Source: a virus (lineage: Duplodnaviria > Caudoviricetes). From it: DNA of 64,000 nt. The translations under genes and the position numbers were made by a program. Positions 50,589 to 58,275 of the stretch are shown here, in pieces. Each line of letters begins with the position of its first letter. Position 1 is the first letter of the stretch. The notes under the pieces were generated by a model. That model saw only the letters and a program-made list of their open reading frames with translations, was not told the origin of the DNA and did not search any database. The DNA lies in the IMG/VR virus record IMGVR_UViG_3300044655_001017. One strand, written 5' to 3'.

Positions 50589-50989
50589 AACGCGCTCCGC
50601 AGTTGTTGTTTAACTTGTACATATTATAGCATACACAGCGGGGTCTGTAAAGAACTTTGTTACTCGTATACGCCCACTTGTATGTGCGCGTGTAGCGTGT
50701 TATATTATAAGCGCATAGCATACTATAGTATAAGTATGCTCACGCACTATAGCGCATTTATACGCGATATACGCTATGATACACTATAGTATAATAATAA
50801 GCGCATATACACATATGAGTAACTATGCACAGCGGGGCCTTTTATAGGTCCAGGACTCGATAATAACTCGTCATCTTCGGTTTTTGGCCCGCGTCGTTAG
50901 CGGTCTGCAACACCATGATTTTGCCGTTTTTCACGTTTATAGACCGACCTAGTACCAGAGTACAGGGTCCGGTTAAAAAGAATAAGAAA

Positions 50990-51104
50990 AAGCTCACTTT
51001 AGGGAGCGAATCTAAAGTGAGCTTATAGAGTTACTATAGTATAGGGAGCGAATCTATACTATAGTATATAGAGTATAGTTGGGAGCGAATCAACTATACT
51101 CTAT
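50990..51104. ncRNA. Three tandem hairpins with identical 11-nt loop (candidate regulatory RNA element)
   Basis: Perfect 12-13 bp stems of different sequence around GGGAGCGAATC at 51002, 51044, 51081. Confidence 0.6.
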
Positions 51105-51121
51105 TCATATGCGCGTTATTA

Positions 51122-52000
51122 TTATCTATGTGGGCGCATACAAGTTACAGAAGCTACTGCTTCCCAGTTAGTTGGCATTGCTTTACGCAAATCTGCTACT
51201 TTAAGAACCATACGCAAACTCAATTCACGCATTTTCTTTCTGTGTGTATCGATGTAGTTGAGGATCTCTTCAGCTTCATCTTCTTGGAATTCATACTTGT
51301 CTAGCATACCGTCGCTTACGATTTGCTTAATACGCAACATCTTTTCGCGTTCTGTGTCTATAGTAAGATCTAAGTAGTGGCAACGCGACTCTAATGCTTC
51401 TAAATGATCTTGCAATTTCTTGCTACGAACATGATCAAACTTAACATTTGTAATGAATATACAGCCGCCTTCAAAGTCAAAACTATTTGGAATACCTGCG
51501 TCCTTTAGTATGCGTGACTCTGTGTGCCAACTGATAGTACGCTTACGCCCAGTATCCAATGCTGCTTTGAGCAAGTTGAGCGCAATATCATCAAACAATA
51601 CACTATCGCAGTCGTCAAACACTACGATACACTTCTTGTCCTTATAGTCCCACAGCATTTGATATAAACATAATGCACTGATGTTACCTTTTGCTATAGT
51701 GTACTTCTTTAAGGTTTCATCTTGTGCTACATTGGCGAACACATCATAACGCGATAACACTGTTTCTACACCGTGTGATTTGCCTACTCCAGGTGGTCCA
51801 CTTACGATCATAGCGCGAACATCACCTTTCTTTACTGCACGAGTCATATCATCTAGTATGGCAAACCGTGTGCGCAACCGTTCTACAATCTCTTCGTCCG
51901 TTTCGTGTGATACATGTTCAGCCGGTCTTTGCGCTATAGTACGGTTGGTCTTGATTGTGTCTACGGTGATCATTTGTGGTCTTGCTACTGTTTGTTGCAT
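51122..52000 (-). CDS. AAA+ ATPase
   Basis: SGPPGVGKS, VFDDCD, IFITN, ALESRC; TTGACA promoter at 52033-52061. Confidence 0.85.
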   Translation of the reverse strand: MQQTVARPQMITVDTIKTNRTIAQRPAEHVSHETDEEIVERLRTRFAILDDMTRAVKKGDVRAMIVSGPPGVGKSHGVETVLSRYDVFANVAQDETLKKYTIAKGNISALCLYQMLWDYKDKKCIVVFDDCDSVLFDDIALNLLKAALDTGRKRTISWHTESRILKDAGIPNSFDFEGGCIFITNVKFDHVRSKKLQDHLEALESRCHYLDLTIDTEREKMLRIKQIVSDGMLDKYEFQEDEAEEILNYIDTHRKKMRELSLRMVLKVADLRKAMPTNWEAVASVTCMRPHR

Positions 52001-52065
52001 ACTTGCTCCGCATTGTGTGTTAGTAAGTGTTTATTATACTATAGTATAGTATGACTGTCAACTGG

Positions 52066-52251
52066 TTATCTAATCATTAGCGATATACATACACCAGTTA
52101 TCAATGGCACTAGATATATAGGTTCATGTGTTTCAATGTAGCCAGCTGCTCCTACACTGACTAATACAGTGACTAATCCAATCCAAAATACTGCTAATAT
52201 TGCTCCAATTACTACTATAAAAAAAGCTAATGAGAATATCGAACCTATCAT
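52066..52251 (-). CDS. Small membrane protein (61 aa)
   Basis: Hydrophobic; own promoter and GGAGCG RBS. Confidence 0.55.
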   Translation of the reverse strand: MIGSIFSLAFFIVVIGAILAVFWIGLVTVLVSVGAAGYIETHEPIYLVPLITGVCISLMIR

Positions 52252-52500
52252 TGTTGCGCTCCTACGTTGTTTAACTGTTATGCACATTATAACACACTGC
52301 TTTGAACATTGCAAGCACTTTTTTGGCACAATTTTACCACTGTAATACAACTGTAATGATATAGTAGGAATGGGTGGTTGGGCGGCATAGCTACAATAAA
52401 TACCCCATTGTTTTCCACAAAACCCCTCATATCCCCTGTAACCACCATAGGCCTCCTCTATTGTTTACCAAATAGTGCCACGTGTGCCGCAGGCCTAGCT

Positions 52501-52735
52501 TTCATCTCTATACTATAGTGTTTACTATAGTCAGGGTTCTCGTATACGCTACTATAGAGAATCTCTATAATTCTTATACTATAGCGTGTATCATTAGTGT
52601 TATCACTATAGTCTATATTACTGTGTGTATAGCGTGGATATGTGTTACTGTTTGTTATTATACTATAGTTGTTTATGATATGTAAAGGATTATTATTGGG
52701 TTTATTATCACTATAGTCTATACTACTATAGTATG
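52501..52735. repeat. AT-rich non-coding region with 8 ACTATAG repeats
   Basis: Copies at 52512, 52524, 52551, 52578, 52605, 52662, 52710, 52725. Confidence 0.8.
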
Positions 52736-52791
52736 CAATGGATAAGTTGCTTTCTTTTTGTTTTGCTACAAATATGTTGCTTTTTTATGGA

Positions 52792-53055
52792 TTATACATA
52801 ACGTCCGGGACTTCTAGTTGGAAAAGGATAATCTCTCACCGGAACAGCTGTGTATGTCAAATCAATCAAGTGAATAAGTTTAGCAGATACATTATCAGAT
52901 CTCCATGGATCTAGATTCTCAAACTTACCACTATATATGATTTCAAACATAGTAGGGAATCGCCAGTCGTATTTGTCTTTGTGTGTGCAAGTAATAATGA
53001 ATAAGAACGCATCGTCTTGTGTCGTTTGGTATAAGTGGGGAGCAAGTTCAATCAT
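52792..53055 (-). CDS. Mini Lcl/DUF1566-like protein 23
   Basis: TCTHKDKYDWRFPT...PVRD. Confidence 0.7.
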   Translation of the reverse strand: MIELAPHLYQTTQDDAFLFIITCTHKDKYDWRFPTMFEIIYSGKFENLDPWRSDNVSAKLIHLIDLTYTAVPVRDYPFPTRSPGRYV

Positions 53056-53267
53056 AAGGTTCTCACTGGGATTACATAGAGTACATAATATTCTTGTAGA
53101 ACTTGAAATCTACCTTCATGCCAAGCTGATGTAAACTGAAAACTTTTATATTCGTTAGCTGTTGGTAGTCGCCAGTCCTTATGGCCATTGTAGTCAAGTG
53201 TAATACAGTATAGCCAAGCTTCGTCATAAGTTATTTCTTGTTGTGTTTGTAGGGCTAGTTCAATCAT
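53052..53267 (-). CDS. Mini Lcl/DUF1566-like protein 22
   Basis: YDEAWLYC..DWRLPT...PVRT. Confidence 0.7.
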   Translation of the reverse strand: MIELALQTQQEITYDEAWLYCITLDYNGHKDWRLPTANEYKSFQFTSAWHEGRFQVLQEYYVLYVIPVRTL

Positions 53268-53428
53268 TTGCTTACTCTTGTGGGTACTGCTATAAAAAGG
53301 GTGTGACGACCTGAGACGTCTAAGCAGTGTATCCAATCATAGTGTCCATCGTGTGTACAGGTATAACAATAAAGCATCGCTTCGTCATATAACAAGGGTT
53401 CGCTCCGTGGGGCGTATTCAAGCGTCAT
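53264..53428 (-). CDS. Mini Lcl/DUF1566-like protein 21 (degenerate, lacks RLPT)
   Basis: YDEAMLYCYTCTHDGHYDW then diverges. Confidence 0.55.
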   Translation of the reverse strand: MTLEYAPRSEPLLYDEAMLYCYTCTHDGHYDWIHCLDVSGRHTLFIAVPTRVSK

Positions 53429-53643
53429 AAGTCTCTTATAAGTCGTATTATCTTCCAATCTTGGTTTGTACTATTTCTCGATAAGTAGGGTATATCGACA
53501 AATCCATTAGTGTCGGTTAGTTCGCGAATAGATGCTGGCCTCCAGTCGTATTTGCCATTATGGGTACATGTAGCCGAGTATAGCCAAATCGAGTCTTGGT
53601 TCCAGTCATATAAATCGCTAATAGGGGATAGTTCGTGTTTCAT
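53425..53643 (-). CDS. Mini Lcl/DUF1566-like protein 20
   Basis: TCTHNGKYDWRP...LIRD. Confidence 0.7.
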   Translation of the reverse strand: MKHELSPISDLYDWNQDSIWLYSATCTHNGKYDWRPASIRELTDTNGFVDIPYLSRNSTNQDWKIIRLIRDL

Positions 53644-53855
53644 ACGTCTCTCACTGGGGTTACATATGTTTGGTGATCGAAATAGTCTCGCTCATACCAC
53701 TGTCCGAGTATCAGAGGTTGATACTTTCTTCCAAAGTGTTCTAGCATCGTAGGCATGCGCCAATCATATTTCTTTTTATGGGTGCAAGTGGCTACATATA
53801 GCCAAGCTTCGTCATATGAGAAGTCACGTCGTTTAGTAGTAGCTTGTTCAATCAT
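53640..53855 (-). CDS. Mini Lcl/DUF1566-like protein 19
   Basis: YDEAWLY..TCTH..YDWRMPT...PVRD. Confidence 0.7.
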   Translation of the reverse strand: MIEQATTKRRDFSYDEAWLYVATCTHKKKYDWRMPTMLEHFGRKYQPLILGQWYERDYFDHQTYVTPVRDV

Positions 53856-54045
53856 CTCTTGATCCTCTTACTGGGCAGAATTGTATGTTGCGACGTTGCT
53901 CTGTTGTTCTTAGTTTAACATTGCTGGAGAAGTCGCCAGCAGTTGGCATTCGCCAGTCATACTTGTTGTTGTGTGTACAAGTTATCGCATATAAGAATGC
54001 TTCGTCATATGGCATTAAATGTGACATAGGGGCTGCTTCAATCAT
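53848..54045 (-). CDS. Mini Lcl/DUF1566-like protein 18
   Basis: YDEAFLY..TCTHNNKYDWRMPT...PVR. Confidence 0.7.
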   Translation of the reverse strand: MIEAAPMSHLMPYDEAFLYAITCTHNNKYDWRMPTAGDFSSNVKLRTTEQRRNIQFCPVRGSRDD

Positions 54046-54262
54046 CTTTAGTTCTCACAGGGGATACCTTCCACATATATGGTACCATTGTCTTACGATT
54101 AAAATCACTAGCATTCCAACTACCGGTTATAATCAAGTCTGCACATTCTTTTATAGTAGGCATTCGCCAGTCGTATTTGTTTTCGTGTGTGCAAGTGTAT
54201 ATGTATAGTTCGGCGTTATAGGCATCTAGTTTGGCGGTAGTCTTAGGGGCTTGTTCAATCAT
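54038..54262 (-). CDS. Mini Lcl/DUF1566-like protein 17
   Basis: TCTHENKYDWRMPT...PVRT. Confidence 0.7.
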   Translation of the reverse strand: MIEQAPKTTAKLDAYNAELYIYTCTHENKYDWRMPTIKECADLIITGSWNASDFNRKTMVPYMWKVSPVRTKDD

Positions 54263-54456
54263 ATAGTTCTCACTGGGGTTACATAGAACCATTCGGATGG
54301 TTGTGAAAAACTATACTTGAGAATATTAGGGTACACTGATACATCTCCAATAGTAGGATATCGCCAGTCATACTTGTTGTTGTGAGTACAAGTAACGCAG
54401 TATAGCCAAGCTTCGTTATAAGAGAGTACCTGGAATTCAATAGCAAACTCAAGCAT
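54259..54456 (-). CDS. Mini Lcl/DUF1566-like protein 16
   Basis: YNEAWLYC.TCTHNNKYDWRYPT...PVRT. Confidence 0.7.
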   Translation of the reverse strand: MLEFAIEFQVLSYNEAWLYCVTCTHNNKYDWRYPTIGDVSVYPNILKYSFSQPSEWFYVTPVRTI

Positions 54457-54673
54457 CTGTATCCCTCACTGCTATTAAAATAAAGCGGTCGAGTGGCTCT
54501 ATATATGGACTTTTGATTAGTGAATCACACCATATTGGACCATCTGTAAGTTTTACGCATTCATCGCGTGTTGGGAAACGCCAATCGTACTTGTTTTCGT
54601 GTGTTAGTGTCCAAATGTAAAGTTCAGCTTCTTCACACGATTTTGAGTGTGATAAAATTTTAGCTTCAATCAT
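54449..54673 (-). CDS. Mini Lcl/DUF1566-like protein 15
   Basis: THENKYDWRFPT..E...AVRD. Confidence 0.7.
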   Translation of the reverse strand: MIEAKILSHSKSCEEAELYIWTLTHENKYDWRFPTRDECVKLTDGPIWCDSLIKSPYIEPLDRFILIAVRDTDA

Positions 54674-54890
54674 CTTTATCTCTCACTGGGTGTATGTACC
54701 ATGCAACACCTGCGTAACGATAAGTCTCATAAGGCAGATGGAACCAATGCGAATCCATATTATATATTGAGCATTCAGTAAACGTAGGTATTCGCCAATC
54801 ATACTTGTTGTTATATGTTAAGGTAGCACAGTATAGCCAGGCTATATCATACGAACACTTTGTCTTATGCTTTGTTGCTTGTTCAATCAT
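54666..54890 (-). CDS. Mini Lcl/DUF1566-like protein 14
   Basis: YNNKYDWRIPT..E...PVRD. Confidence 0.7.
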   Translation of the reverse strand: MIEQATKHKTKCSYDIAWLYCATLTYNNKYDWRIPTFTECSIYNMDSHWFHLPYETYRYAGVAWYIHPVRDKDD

Positions 54891-55110
54891 CTTTATCTCT
54901 CACTGGGTAAACTGCTCTTTCTAAATCCTTATTGTTATAGTCATACCAGGTGCTATGCCAGGTCAGAGGAGGCATCTCATCAGTGTCATCATATTCTGCT
55001 GATGTCGGAAACCGCCAGTCATATTTGTTGTTGTGGGTTAGGGTATAGATGTATAACATTGCTTCGTCTATTGTTACAAAGCAGTCGTCATGTGGTCCTA
55101 ATTCAATCAT
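54883..55110 (-). CDS. Mini Lcl/DUF1566-like protein 13
   Basis: THNNKYDWRFPT..E...PVRD. Confidence 0.7.
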   Translation of the reverse strand: MIELGPHDDCFVTIDEAMLYIYTLTHNNKYDWRFPTSAEYDDTDEMPPLTWHSTWYDYNNKDLERAVYPVRDKDD

Positions 55111-55334
55111 ATAGTTCTCACTGGGATCAATGCGCATTTCATATCATCCAACTGACCCATAAGATCATGCTGATGCCAACATACTGGGCGTTTGGGTAGA
55201 GCAGGCGTAGCGTGCCGTAGTTCCATTATAGTAGGGAGCCTCCAATCGTAGTGATTGTTATAGGTTAGCGTCATCGTGTATAGTTCAGCTTCATCTATAG
55301 TAACAAACTTGATCATAGGTGCTTGTTCAAACAT
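55107..55334 (-). CDS. Mini Lcl/DUF1566-like protein 12
   Basis: YNNHYDWRLPTIMEL...PVRT. Confidence 0.7.
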   Translation of the reverse strand: MFEQAPMIKFVTIDEAELYTMTLTYNNHYDWRLPTIMELRHATPALPKRPVCWHQHDLMGQLDDMKCALIPVRTI

Positions 55335-55545
55335 CTTTATCTCTCACTGGAATTACATAAAGTTCCATCCATAGGACCATATCGGGTATTCTATCAATAT
55401 GCCAAGTAGTAGCTGGGAAGTGGTTGTGTTCTTTTGATGTAGGCATACGCCAGTCATATTTTCGTCTATCGGTACAGGTATAACAATACAGCAATGCTTC
55501 GTCATACTCTAATTGTTGTGCTGATTGGTATCCTGTTTCAATCAT
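55327..55545 (-). CDS. Mini Lcl/DUF1566-like protein 11
   Basis: YDEALLYCYTCT..KYDWRMPT...PVRD. Confidence 0.7.
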   Translation of the reverse strand: MIETGYQSAQQLEYDEALLYCYTCTDRRKYDWRMPTSKEHNHFPATTWHIDRIPDMVLWMELYVIPVRDKDV

Positions 55546-55760
55546 ATATCTCTCACTGGGTAAACAAGCATTTGGCTAAGACTAGAACTAAGATAGTACG
55601 GGTTCGTCCAGCCGCTATAGTTTCGCATTTGATGGCTATTCATTTCCTTCCAAGTAGGCAATCTCCAATCTCTATATCCGTTATGTTCTAGTGTAATACA
55701 GTATAGCCAGGCTTCATCTAATATTAGTGTATGAGATGAGCATGGGCCTATTTCTAACAT
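55542..55760 (-). CDS. Mini Lcl/DUF1566-like protein 10
   Basis: DEAWLYC..LEHNGYRDWRLPT..E...PVRD. Confidence 0.72.
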   Translation of the reverse strand: MLEIGPCSSHTLILDEAWLYCITLEHNGYRDWRLPTWKEMNSHQMRNYSGWTNPYYLSSSLSQMLVYPVRDI

Positions 55761-55969
55761 TTATCTCTTACCAATATCAGATGCATTAGGTCAATGTCTG
55801 GATCTTGGAATGCTGGAGAATCAGTCCATGACCATCCAATGCCTATGTTATAGGTCTCTTGATAAGTAGGAAACCTCCAGTCGTTATGTCCGTTGTGTGT
55901 ACAAGTTAGCATATAAAGAAAAGCTTGGTTATATGTTAGGTTACATTCTATAGGTGTTCCTTCAATCAT
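55754..55969 (-). CDS. Mini Lcl/DUF1566-like protein 9
   Basis: TCTHNGHNDWRFPT..E...LVRD. Confidence 0.7.
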   Translation of the reverse strand: MIEGTPIECNLTYNQAFLYMLTCTHNGHNDWRFPTYQETYNIGIGWSWTDSPAFQDPDIDLMHLILVRDKC

Positions 55970-56180
55970 TCTTATCCCTCACTGGTACTACATACCATGC
56001 TCTGCGCCAGTCTGGCTTAGTTTCATACCACACTCCACTAACTAGAGCTAAATCAAAATACTCAGCTCTAGTTGGTAATCGCCAATCATAATATCCCTTA
56101 TGGTCACATGTTAAACAGGTTAAGAATGCATCGTCGTATTCGATAATGCCTCTTTCTAATTTTGGTCCAAACTCTAACAT
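55962..56180 (-). CDS. Mini Lcl/DUF1566-like protein 8
   Basis: CDHKGYYDWRLPTRAE...PVRD. Confidence 0.72.
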   Translation of the reverse strand: MLEFGPKLERGIIEYDDAFLTCLTCDHKGYYDWRLPTRAEYFDLALVSGVWYETKPDWRRAWYVVPVRDKND

Positions 56181-56434
56181 ACATCTCTCACTGGAATAAC
56201 TTTAGCTTTAAAGGGAACCACTGACCTGTTATCTAAATCAAACATTTCAAACAATGGGTCACGTACTGTGGTTTCAGTCCACACTAATATTACTTCTCGG
56301 TTTAGTATTTGTCTCATTTGAGGTAGTTCTTCAAATGTAGGCAAGCGATAACCCTTTTGGAAGAATATGTGCATCAATGCTTCGTTTTGTGTAGAATGTT
56401 CAAGCCATAGTTCTTTAGGTGCTAGTTCTATCAT
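56174..56434 (-). CDS. Mini Lcl/DUF1566-like protein 7
   Basis: KGYRLPTFEEL...PVRD. Confidence 0.65.
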   Translation of the reverse strand: MIELAPKELWLEHSTQNEALMHIFFQKGYRLPTFEELPQMRQILNREVILVWTETTVRDPLFEMFDLDNRSVVPFKAKVIPVRDVC

Positions 56435-56712
56435 CTGTATCTCTTATTAAACAGTATGTCTTTATTATAACACGTTATGCTGGGTATGTAAACAAATTTG
56501 ACATCTCTCACAGGGGTTAAGTACCAGTTAGTAAACTCATCTACTTTTTCGCGATGCCACGACTTCTCTATAGCTCGGGCAGGACCGTAGTAGTATTCGT
56601 ATTCGGTAGGCATGCGCCAGTCTTTCTTTCCATTATGTACAAACATGAATAAGTTTAATATGGCTTCGTCGTATGTCATACGTTGTGCGAATCTTGGGGC
56701 TATTTCAATCAT
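56431..56712 (-). CDS. Mini Lcl/DUF1566-like protein 6
   Basis: HNGKKDWRMPTEYE...PVRD plus tail. Confidence 0.7.
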   Translation of the reverse strand: MIEIAPRFAQRMTYDEAILNLFMFVHNGKKDWRMPTEYEYYYGPARAIEKSWHREKVDEFTNWYLTPVRDVKFVYIPSITCYNKDILFNKRYR

Positions 56713-56936
56713 AAGTCTCTCACTGGGGTAATTGTCCAATAGATTGGGTCGTATGATATCTCATGTGCAAATACATATAAGTCATATTCGTTCCAGCCAG
56801 TAAGATTATGTTTGCTCGATTCATGTAGGGCAGGCAGACGCCAGTCATACTTGTTGTTGTGTGTACAAGTCCAAACATATAGGAATGCTTCATCTCTGTG
56901 TAGTTGAATGGATGGAGGAGCTAGTTCAAGTTTCAT
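56709..56936 (-). CDS. Mini Lcl/DUF1566-like protein 5
   Basis: TCTHNNKYDWRLP...PVRD. Confidence 0.7.
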   Translation of the reverse strand: MKLELAPPSIQLHRDEAFLYVWTCTHNNKYDWRLPALHESSKHNLTGWNEYDLYVFAHEISYDPIYWTITPVRDL

Positions 56937-57190
56937 AAGTCTCTTACTGGGGTTACATAACGAACTATATCACTACTATGTTCTCCGTGATCATCCCACC
57001 CTATCAATGGTGGATTATGGCTTAGCCATTCTTGTAACGTAGGCAACCTCCAATCTCTATGTCCATTGTGTTCATAGAACATGATATACATCTTAGCATG
57101 GTCGTACGTCATCATTTCATTAGACGTTGGAGCTACTTCAATCAAATGGTGAAACCTTATATTATTAGCATAGTAACTGACCTGGGTCAT
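56933..57190 (-). CDS. Mini Lcl/DUF1566-like protein 4
   Basis: EHNGHRDWRLPTLQE...PVRD. Confidence 0.72.
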   Translation of the reverse strand: MTQVSYYANNIRFHHLIEVAPTSNEMMTYDHAKMYIMFYEHNGHRDWRLPTLQEWLSHNPPLIGWDDHGEHSSDIVRYVTPVRDL

Positions 57191-57426
57191 AGCGATCGTA
57201 CAGGCACTACTCGCATTTTAGCAGGTTGTTGATGTATTTTCTCTGCAAGCTGATCTCTGTCTTCATACCATTTAGGTATTACGTTACCTGGGTAGCGTAG
57301 CATTGTCTGAAAGTATTCCTGTTCAGTTGGAAGCCGCCAAGTGCCTACTGGCTCATGCCAAAAGCAATACATAAATGCCGCATCATAGTTTAAGTCTTGT
57401 TCTGATTTCTTTCCATATTCTATCAT
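57187..57426 (-). CDS. Mini Lcl/DUF1566-like protein 3
   Basis: YDAAFMYC..WRLPTEQE...PVRS. Confidence 0.7.
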   Translation of the reverse strand: MIEYGKKSEQDLNYDAAFMYCFWHEPVGTWRLPTEQEYFQTMLRYPGNVIPKWYEDRDQLAEKIHQQPAKMRVVPVRSL

Positions 57427-57665
57427 GTTATATCTCTCAGTGGTATAGCTGTTCCGGTTTCGTCGTCTGGTATAGCGTCGCTATCTATTGCATCTAGTGT
57501 CCATGCGTCCCACATTTCATAATCAACTTCTCGTATAGCGTCGATTAATGATTGCATCTCTCCTAATGTACCCATTCTATAGCCTTTAAGCATGAATATG
57601 TACAGCCTAGCTTCATGTTTGTTTACGTCATACTTCCATAGCTCATGTGGCGCTAGTTCAATCAC
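57423..57665 (-). CDS. Mini Lcl/DUF1566-like protein 2
   Basis: EARLYIFMLKGYRMGT...PLRD; closest to protein 7. Confidence 0.6.
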   Translation of the reverse strand: MIELAPHELWKYDVNKHEARLYIFMLKGYRMGTLGEMQSLIDAIREVDYEMWDAWTLDAIDSDAIPDDETGTAIPLRDIT

Positions 57666-58030
57666 TTTTTATCTCTCACTGGTTGTGCATACCAGTCTTT
57701 ATCCGTTACTACGTTGTCCTTTTCAACTAGCCATACAGGTGTCTCCCAACCGTTGATAGTTTCCCATTCTTCACGCGTTGGAAGTCGCCAATTCTTATGC
57801 CCGAGATGTCTACAAAAGAGAATATACATTTGAGCTTCATCAAATGACATTTTGTTTTGTGACCTAGGGGCTATTTCTAAGTTTAACATTGTTCTGCCTG
57901 CCCATCTAAGCACCGGCTTAATAACTTGTTCGCTAAGTCCTGTCCTTAACTCTTGCATATTGCTGTTACTGATTACAGGACGTGAAAAGTATGATCCGGT
58001 TGGTGGCGGGTTAGTTGGTATTACTCCCAT
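57662..58030 (-). CDS. Mini Lcl/DUF1566-like protein 1 with N-terminal extension
   Basis: FDEAQMY..GHKNWRLPTREE...PVRD. Confidence 0.68.
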   Translation of the reverse strand: MGVIPTNPPPTGSYFSRPVISNSNMQELRTGLSEQVIKPVLRWAGRTMLNLEIAPRSQNKMSFDEAQMYILFCRHLGHKNWRLPTREEWETINGWETPVWLVEKDNVVTDKDWYAQPVRDKK

Positions 58031-58218
58031 GTTGTACCTGCTTCACGTATTCTATCGTGGATGTCTCTTTTTGATTCAACAATATTAAACTGATGGCTTC
58101 CTACTACAATCAGACCATCGTGAAATGCTACAATGTCTTTTACTCTAATGTCTATTTCGTATGTGTCTACTTGTACTGTTGACTTATGGACTACTCTGTT
58201 TAATGTTATAAAGCTCAT
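58021..58218 (-). CDS. Hypothetical protein
   Basis: 65 aa, AAGGA RBS. Confidence 0.55.
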   Translation of the reverse strand: MSFITLNRVVHKSTVQVDTYEIDIRVKDIVAFHDGLIVVGSHQFNIVESKRDIHDRIREAGTTWE

Positions 58219-58236
58219 AATGTTTCCTTAAAGAGG

Positions 58237-58271
58237 ATTGGCGTAGTAGGTATAATCACTACTACGCCAAT
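58237..58271. terminator. 13-bp hairpin (terminator or processing stem) upstream of the Lcl array
   Basis: attggcgtagtag-gtataatca-ctactacgccaat; weak U-tract. Confidence 0.55.
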
Positions 58272-58275
58272 AATG

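Larger units (their letters stand above)
52792..58030 (-). repeat. Tandem array of 23 paralogous mini Lcl/DUF1566-like genes
   Basis: Shared MIE-AP...YDEA-LY--T-T(H/Y)N-(K/H)YDWR(L/M/F)PT--E...PVRD; mostly ATGA-type overlaps. Confidence 0.85.

Noticed and set aside
50990-51104. Mini CRISPR array (constant 11-mer with variable intervening DNA)
   Set aside because: Repeat too short, the variable parts are self-complementary stems, only three units and no cas genes.
41408-52350. ORF-track N-terminal extensions such as MCYNMYKL, MLYYMQ, MHLLNNN
   Set aside because: They read through the -10 box (TGCTATAATATG); true starts are the downstream ATGs after the AGCG-type leader.
52792-58030. Diversity-generating retroelement acting on the CLec array
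   Set aside because: No reverse transcriptase, Avd or near-identical TR/VR pair differing only at adenines in the window; paralogues differ by indels throughout. A trans-acting DGR elsewhere is not excluded.
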